DNA of 64,000 nt from Macrostomum hystrix (taxonomy: Eukaryota > Animalia > Platyhelminthes), in NCBI GenBank assembly GCA_950097015.1, contig CATNEN010000039.1, forward strand, positions 16,864,001-16,928,000, given 5' to 3'. Made by a program: the position numbers and the translations under genes. Numbering within the stretch: position 1 is the first letter of the stretch; each line of letters begins with the position of its first letter. The notes below the pieces were generated by a model. The model had not been told where the DNA came from, did not search any database, and worked only from the letters and a program-made list of their open reading frames with translations. Below are positions 56,801 through 64,000 of the stretch, in pieces.

Positions 56801-59800
56801 AGGGGCATTTTCGTCAAGTTTCCTTATTATCCACCGTTTATTCAGGGGCATTTTCGCCAAGTTTCCTTCTTATCCACCGTTTATTCAGGGACATTTTCGT
56901 CAAGTTTCCTTATTATCCACCGTTTATTCAGGGGCATTTTCGTCAAGTTTCCTTATTATCCACCGTTTATTCAGGGGCATTTTCGTCAAGTTTCCTTATT
57001 ATCCACCGTTTATTCAGGGGCATTTTCGCCAAGTTTCCTTCTTATCCACCGTTTATTCAGGGACATTTTCGTCAAGTTTCCTTATTATCCACCGTTTATT
57101 CAGGGGCATTTTCGTCAAGTTTCCTTATTATCCACCGTTTATTCAGGGGCATTTTCGTCAAGTTTCCTTATTATCCACCGTTTATTCAGGGGCATTTTCG
57201 CCAAGTTTCCTTATTATCCACCGTTTATTCAGGGGCATTTTCGTCAAGTTTCCTTATTATCCACCGTTTATTCAGGGGCATTTTCGTCAAGTTTCCTTAT
57301 TATCCACCGTTTATTCAGGGGCATTTTCGTCAAGTTTCCTTATTATCCACCGTTTATTCAGGGGCATTTTCGTCAAGTTTCCTTATTATCCACCGTTTAT
57401 TCAGGGGCATTTTCGTCAAGTTTCCTTATTATCCACCGTTTATTCAGGGGCATTTTCGTCAAGTTTCCTTATTATCCACCGTTTATTCAGGGGCATTTTC
57501 GTCAAGTTTCCTTATTATCCACCGTTTATTCAGGGGCATTTTCGTCAAGTTTCCTTATTATCCACCGTTTATTCAGGGGCATTTTCGTCAAGTTTCCTTA
57601 TTATCCACCGCTTATTCAGTGGCATTTTCGTCAAGTTTCCTTATTATCCACCGTTTATTCAGGGGCATTATCATCAGGTTTCCTTATTATCCACCGTTTA
57701 TTCAGGGGCATTTTCGTCAAGTTTCCTTTTTATCCACCGCTTATTCAGTGGCATTTTCGTCAGGTTTCCTTATTATCCTCCGCTCCGTTTCTTCATGGCA
57801 TTTTCGTCAGGTTTCTTTGTTATCCTCCGTTTATTCAAGGCATTTTCATGAGGTTTCCCTATTATCCTTCGAATTCTTCCGAGCCTCTTAGTTTTTTTCT
57901 CTTCAAAATCTACAGATTTCGTTAACAGCTTTTCGTATCGTGTTTTATAGTCAGTTTCTTTAAATAGAATTCGCGCTTTTTTAGTGTCCTAAAGTAAGCA
58001 CTGCTTGTACTGCACTCGTACCACTGTTCTTATGTCCATCTTATCTTTGGACTCCAGCGTTGTTAGTATGAAGTTTGACCCGCGCTAGTTTTTTCAGCCC
58101 AATCTCTCACGTGAACTAATGGATCACATGATAGATTATTTAGGCTGAAAATTCCGGTTCCAAACTTCTGCCTGAAACTCGTTTCCTATTCTCAATAAAT
58201 GAAATTATTAAAAACTCTAAAAATGATATAATCTATGAATATGGCTAAAGGACGGAGTGACAGTCTGGACTGAAGAGCGGAGTGACGGTGAGGGCTGAAG
58301 GACGGAGTGACAGTCAGGACTGAAGGATGGAGTGACAGTCAGGACTGAAGAGCGGAGTGACGGTGAGGGCTGAAGGATGGAGTGACAGTCAGGACTGAAG
58401 GATGGAGTGACAGTCAGGACTGAAGGATAGAGTGACAGTCAGGACTGAAGGATGGAGTGACAGTCAGGACTGAAGGATGGAGTGACAGTCAGGACTGAAG
58501 GATAGAGTGACAGTCAGGACTGAAGGATGGAGTGACAGTCAGGACTGAAGGATGGAGTGACAGTCAGGACTGAAGGATGGAGTGACAGTCACGACTGAAG
58601 GATGGAGTGACAGTCAGGACTGAAGGATGGAGTGACAGTCAGGACTGAAGGATGGAGTGACAGTCAGTACTGAATGATGGAGTGACAGTCAGGACTGAAG
58701 GATGGAGTGACAGTCAGGACTGAAGGATGGAGTGACAGTCAGGACTGAAGGATGGAGTGACAGTCAGGGCTGAAGGATGGAGTGAGAGTCAGGACTGAAG
58801 GATAGAGTGACAGTCAGGACTGAAGGATGGAGTGACTCAAACCCTGGTGTTTGAGCTTTGAGAGTTATTTGAGCACGCCTGATTCTTGAGCTAGCTTAGG
58901 TAAACCTTAAATAATTAAACGTTTGTCTCCAGAACGCAACGGATGCCAGGCGCATGCTGCGCTACCTAGATCCTGAGCTTGGCCGACCCCTGCCAGAGAA
59001 GGACTACGGCGGCAGCTGCCTAATCTACGATCCAGCCAATGCCACTGACCCGTTTCACAATGTCTGGGATAAGCTTGACGGCTTTGTAACTATGCACTTT
59101 GTTGGTTGGTGGTTGAAGACTCTGATTATACGCAACTATTGGATGTGCAATGCTATCAGCTTCCTATTTGAACTGTTGGAGTACTCGCTGGAGCATCAGC
59201 TGCCCAACTTCTCAGAATGCTGGTGGGATCATGTGAGTCGTTTGAGATGTGTTTTGGGTGGTAAGAATAGTTTTTGAAGTGTTTAAGTAATTTGAGAAGT
59301 ACTGGAGTCGCTAGATAAGTGTTTGAGTCGTGTGAGAAGCGTTTGAGTCGCTTTAAAAGTAGTTTAACTCGTTTGAGAAGTGTTTATTTAGTTTGAGAAG
59401 CGTTTGAATCCTTAGAGACGTGTTTGAGTCGATTGAGATTCGTTTTGAGTCGTTTGAGAATAGTTTGAGCTGTTGAAGCACGATAAAACATCCTCATTAA
59501 TTAGTCTAACACTCAATCACCTGCCCACAAATTTCCAGTGGTTAATGGACTTTCTACTGTGCAACGGCTTGGGTATTGTGATCGGCATGAAGACTTGCAA
59601 TTATCTGTCACTGAAGCCCTACTATTGGACTTCAATGTGGAATATTCCAGGCTATGGGTCAGTCTACACATTTATTATCGTCTTATGGAAATGGGATTTT
59701 CCTTTTCGTACCGCCTGTCCCTCTCAGTGCCTTTAGTTTATTTTTAGCTTACTTTTTTTGGAAAACTAATTCTATGAGGGCCAGTTTTACATTTCAAGAG

Positions 59801-62800
59801 AAATTTCCGGTAACATTCCAAACTTAATTTTGCTACAAAGAAGGACACATTCTTGTTTTGAATACTAGTGCATTTATTGCTAGCTATGGAAGTCATTTAT
59901 AAGATTATAAATAGCTGACTCTTATAGTGCTATAAAAGTCGCTTAAAATTGCATATTTAGGCAGGCTTGCAAAAAAACTAACACTACTCAAGATTTATAG
60001 TGTCTTATCTCACTCCTGTGTAAAACGTCCCCCTGTCTCATCTCTCCCGTGTCTCGTCTCTTCTCTCTCTCATCTCGGCATTTTCTCATCTCTACCCTGT
60101 CTCATCTCTACCCAGTCTCATCTCTACCCTGTCTCACCTCTCTACTGTCTCATCTCTACCCAGTCTCATCTCTACCCTGTCTCACCTCTTTCCAGTCTCA
60201 TCTCTACCCAGTCTCATCTCTACCCTGTCTCACCTCTACCCAGTCTCATCTCTCCCGTGTCTCATCTCTCCGTTGTCTTATATCTACCTTGTCTCATCTC
60301 TACCCTGTCTCATCTCTACCCTGTCACATCTCTCCCGTGTCTCACCTCTCCGTTGTCTCATATCTATCTTGTCTCATCTCTACCCTGTCACATCTCTCCC
60401 GTGTCTCATCTCTCCGTTGTCTCATCTCTACCCTGTCTCATCTATACCCTGTCTCATCTATACCCTGTCTCATCTCTACCCTGTCTCATCTCTCCCGTGT
60501 CTCATCTCTCCGTTGTCTTATATCTACCTTGTCTCATCTCTACCCTGTCTCATCTCTACCCTGTCACATCTCTCCCGTGTCTCACCTCTCCGTTGTCTCA
60601 TATCTATCTTGTCTCATCTCTACCCTGTCACATCTCTCCCGTGTCTCATCTCTCCCGTGTCTCATCTCTACCCTGTCTCATCTATCCTCTTTCTTATCTT
60701 CACCCTTTCTCACCTATTAATGCTTTCGCTGCCCTATGGTAGATCTGTTCCTTCAGTTCCTACTATAAGTAGCATTCTTGGCATATCACTTCTGTTTTAT
60801 TTGAACTCTCCGACAGTGGCAAGCTGAAGCGCATGGTGCTACAGTTCACGCCGTATCGTTGGACAGAATTTGATTGGTCGCCAACGAAATCTTTGAAACG
60901 CTGGCTGCTTGTGCTGCTTCTAATCGGCATGTTCCTATTGGCTGAGTTGAACACTTTCTATTTGAAATGGGTTCTATGGCTGCCACCGCCGCATCCGCTG
61001 TGCATGGCTAGACTAGTGTTCATCCTGTGCATGGGAGCTACAGCTATTAGGGAGGTCTTTCAGTACACCGATGATCCGTAAGTTTTTGTTGAATTTGACC
61101 GCTTGATACAATAAGTAATTCTGCACCTCGTAAGTGAGGGGGGGTGCTTGCGATCAAAGTTTTGCGTAGCTTGATAATTTGTCTACTGATTTTGATTGAG
61201 AATAGTTTTTTGCATTTGACAATTTTCACAATTTTTTAACTGAACCTAAAAGAGGAGAGATAAGACACGGGAGAGATGAGGCAGGGTAGAGATGAGACAC
61301 TGGAGAGATGAGGCAGGGTAGAGATGAGACACTGGAGAGATGAGGCAGGGTAGAGATGAGACACGGGGAAGAAGAGAAACGAGAGAGATAAGACACGGGA
61401 GAGATGAGACACTGGAGAGATGAGGCAGGGTAGAGATGAGACACGGGGAAGAAGAGAAACGAGAGAGATAAGACACGGGAGAGATGAGACACTGGAGAGA
61501 TGAGGCAGGGTAGAGATGAGACACGGGGAAGAAGAGACACGAGAGAGATAAGACATGGGAGAGATGAGACACGGGAGAGATGAGGCAGGGTAGAGATGAG
61601 ACACGGGGAAGAAGAGAAACGAGAGAGATAAGACACGGGAGAGATGAGACACTGGAGAGATGAGGCAGGGTAGAGATGAGACACGGGGAAGAAGAGACAC
61701 GAGAGAGATAAGACATGGGAGAGATGAGACACGGGAGAGATGAGACACGGGGAAGAAGAGAAACGAGAGAGATAAGACACGGGAGAGATGAGACACTGGA
61801 GAGATGAGGCAGGGTAGAGATGAGACACGGGGATAGATAAGACAGGGGAGAGATGAGACACAGGATAGAAGAGAAACGAGAGAGATAAGACACGGGAGAG
61901 ATGAGACACTGGAGAGATGAGGCAGGGTAGAGATGAGACACGGGGATAGATAAGACAGGGGAGAGATGAGACACAGGATAGAAGAGACACGAGAGAGATA
62001 AGACATGGTAGAGATGAGACACGGGGAGAGATGAGACACGAGAGAGATAAGACAGGGGAGAGATGAGACACGAGAGAGATAAGACATGGGAGAGATGAGA
62101 CACGGGGAAGAAGAGAAACGAGAGAGATAAGACACGGGAGAGATAAGACACGGGAGAGATGAGACACGGGAGAGATGAGACACGGGAGAGAGATAAGACA
62201 GGGGAGAGATGAGACACTGGAGAGATGAGGCAGGGTAGAGATGAGACACGGGGAAGAAGAGAAACGAGAGAGATAAGACACGGGAGAGATAAGACACGGG
62301 AGAGATGAGACACGGGAGAGATGAGACATGGGAGAGATGAGACACTGGAGAGATGAGGCAGGGTAGAGATGAGACACGGGGAAGAAGAGACACGAGAGAG
62401 ATAAGACACGGGGAGAGAAGTGACACGGGAGATTATACTGGGAAAAAAATGGGATAGGGGTAAGATAAGCCTAAACATATGGGGAGGTTGATAGGAAGTT
62501 TACCCTCGAACAGTTAATTGAAGCTTACTCTCGAAGGACATTAGCTTAATCTCCAAGTCAGTGTGAATAAATTGCTAATTTAATGGATATATTTGACTTC
62601 TTGAGTTCGTTTATATCATTTTATCATTTCTAGGAGTAGTCTTGCTTGCATCTTAACTGAGTACCCATCTAAACAATTGGACAGATCCTGCAAGAAATTC
62701 GGTCGCCAGTCCTGGCTACTTACCGCCATTATTGTTACCGAAGCCTTGATAGCCGTTAAATTTGATTGGCCAACCGTTTCCAAGACTCCGCCTGTACACA

Positions 62801-62958
62801 TCATTATCATCTGGTCCGTCATTCTCATCCTATTGGTTGGCTGGACTCTGTGGCATTTCTGTTTAAAACAGCTCCTGTATTCTGCCACTAGGAAGGCTGA
62901 GACTGTTAACGTTAGAGACCAGCCTGCTATGGGTTCGAATCGGCGAAAGGCTGAGTAG
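53838..62958 (+). CDS. PTDSS2: Phosphatidylserine synthase (PTDSS2-like); putative first exon 53838-53891, then 55409-55605, 55691-55792, 56285-56435, 58933-59232, 59539-59657, 60817-61077, 62685-62958
   Basis: Motifs [65 protein letters not shown]. Exons 2-8 join in frame; exon 1 is tentative. Confidence 0.9.
54445..54748 (+). mobile_element. SINE family B (tRNA head plus CORE/Meta-like central domain), full length
   Basis: A-box TAGCCTAGTGG, B-box GGTTCGATTCC, then gcaagacacttaactctgcattgcttcagttcacccagctgttaaatgggtacc. Assignment of the central domain is tentative. Confidence 0.85.
55952..56226 (-). mobile_element. SINE family A lacking 3' end, in PTDSS intron
   Basis: Reverse complement of head and body. 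Confidence 0.85.
56512..57860. repeat. 43-bp minisatellite in PTDSS intron
   Basis: ttattatccaccgtttattcaggggcattttcgtcaagtttcc, ~30 copies. Confidence 0.95.
58249..58836. repeat. 25-bp minisatellite in PTDSS intron
   Basis: aggactgaaggatggagtgacagtc units. Confidence 0.95.
60030..60700 (+). repeat. 16-bp-based satellite (tgtctcatctctaccc)
   Basis: Pyrimidine-rich units upstream of PTDSS exon 60817-61077. Confidence 0.95.
61255..62430 (-). repeat. Inverted copy of the same satellite family (gggtagagatgagaca)
   Basis: Units are reverse complements of those at 60030-60700. Confidence 0.95.
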
Positions 62959-63124
62959 AGACAGTTTTTTTATTTACCGCTAGATAGTCACGTGACATGA
63001 TAGTCAAGTCATCTGTGGTTTTTGGTTTTGCTGTTGGAATTGACGTCAAGTGGGATCATTTGACCTCCGTGTGGGAAGTGTTGTCAGCTGACCTTTGCGG
63101 ATCGCGTGGTTGTCAGGGTCTCTG

Positions 63125-63990
63125 CTTAGGCTCTCTGGTGACCACTCTGCTTAGATATTGGGGTCAGGTGACCTCTCCACTTAGATATTGGGGTCAGGTG
63201 ACCTCTTTGCTTAGATATTGGGGTCAGGTGACCTCTCTGCTTAGATATTGGGGTCAGGTGACCACCGTGACCTTTCTGCTTAGATATTGGGGTCAGGTGA
63301 CCTCTCTGCTTAGATATTGGGGTCAGGTGACCTCTCTGCTTAGATATTGGGGTCAGGTGACCTCTCTGCTTAGATATTGGGGTCAGGTGACCTCTCTGCT
63401 TAGATATTGGGGTCAGGTGACCACCGTGACCTCTCTGCTTAGATATTGGGGTCGGCGGACCTCTCTGCTTAGATGTTGGGGTCAGGTGACCTCTCTGCTT
63501 AGATATTGGGGTCAGGTGACCTCTCTGCTTAGATATTGGGGTCGGCAGACCTCTCTGCTTAGATATTGAGGTCAGGTGACCTCTCTGCTTAGATATTGGG
63601 GTCAGGTGACCTCTCTGCTTAGATATTGGGGTCGACGGACCTCTCTGTTTAGATATTGGGGTCAGGTGACCTCTCTGCTCAGATATTGGGGTCAGGTGAA
63701 CTCTCGCGTAGAGATTTGAGTCAGAGGACCTCTCTGCTTAGAAATTGGGGTCAGGTGACCTCTCTGCTTAGATATTGGGGTCAGGTGACCTCTCTGCTTA
63801 GATATTGGGGTCAGGTGACCTCTCTGCTTAGATATTGGGGTCAGGTGACCTCTCTGCTTAGATATTGGGGTCAGGTGACCACTCTGCTTAGAAATTAGTT
63901 AGGTGACCTCACTGCTTAGATATTGGGGTCAGCGGACCTATCTGCTTAGAAATAGGGGTCAGGTGATCTCTCTGTTTACGGATTGAGGTC
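63125..63990. repeat. 30-bp minisatellite
   Basis: gtgacctctctgcttagatattggggtcag units. Confidence 0.95.
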
Positions 63991-64000
63991 AGTTGACATC

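Noticed and set aside
56512-57860. CRISPR-like array
   Set aside because: Units are contiguous with no unique spacers, no cas genes are present, and the context is a eukaryotic intron.

Overview
Eukaryotic (animal) genomic DNA: compact GC-rich exons, GT-AG introns, CAG/polyQ runs, two abundant tRNA-derived SINE families and about 25 different minisatellite arrays. The style suggests a free-living flatworm such as Macrostomum (inference only). Nine spliced genes could be rebuilt by hand with in-frame junctions. On + are glutaminase, ankyrin-containing L-asparaginase (ASPG-like) and phosphatidylserine synthase. On - is a run of six genes: UBE2N/Ubc13, a short plakin, a FAIM-like gene, a CYP2-clan P450, an alpha-catulin-like gene and an NRF-6-like acyltransferase. 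Most long ORFs in the supplied track are artefacts of tandem repeats or SINEs. The most notable signals link repeats to splicing: (1) a SINE inserted into a FAIM exon whose target-site duplication rebuilds the 3' splice site; (2) three cases of exons bracketed by mutually inverted intronic repeats (candidate back-splicing/skipping); (3) a SINE body with an exact HDV-ribozyme P3/L3 motif in permuted context. Exon coordinates were read by eye and no databases were searched.
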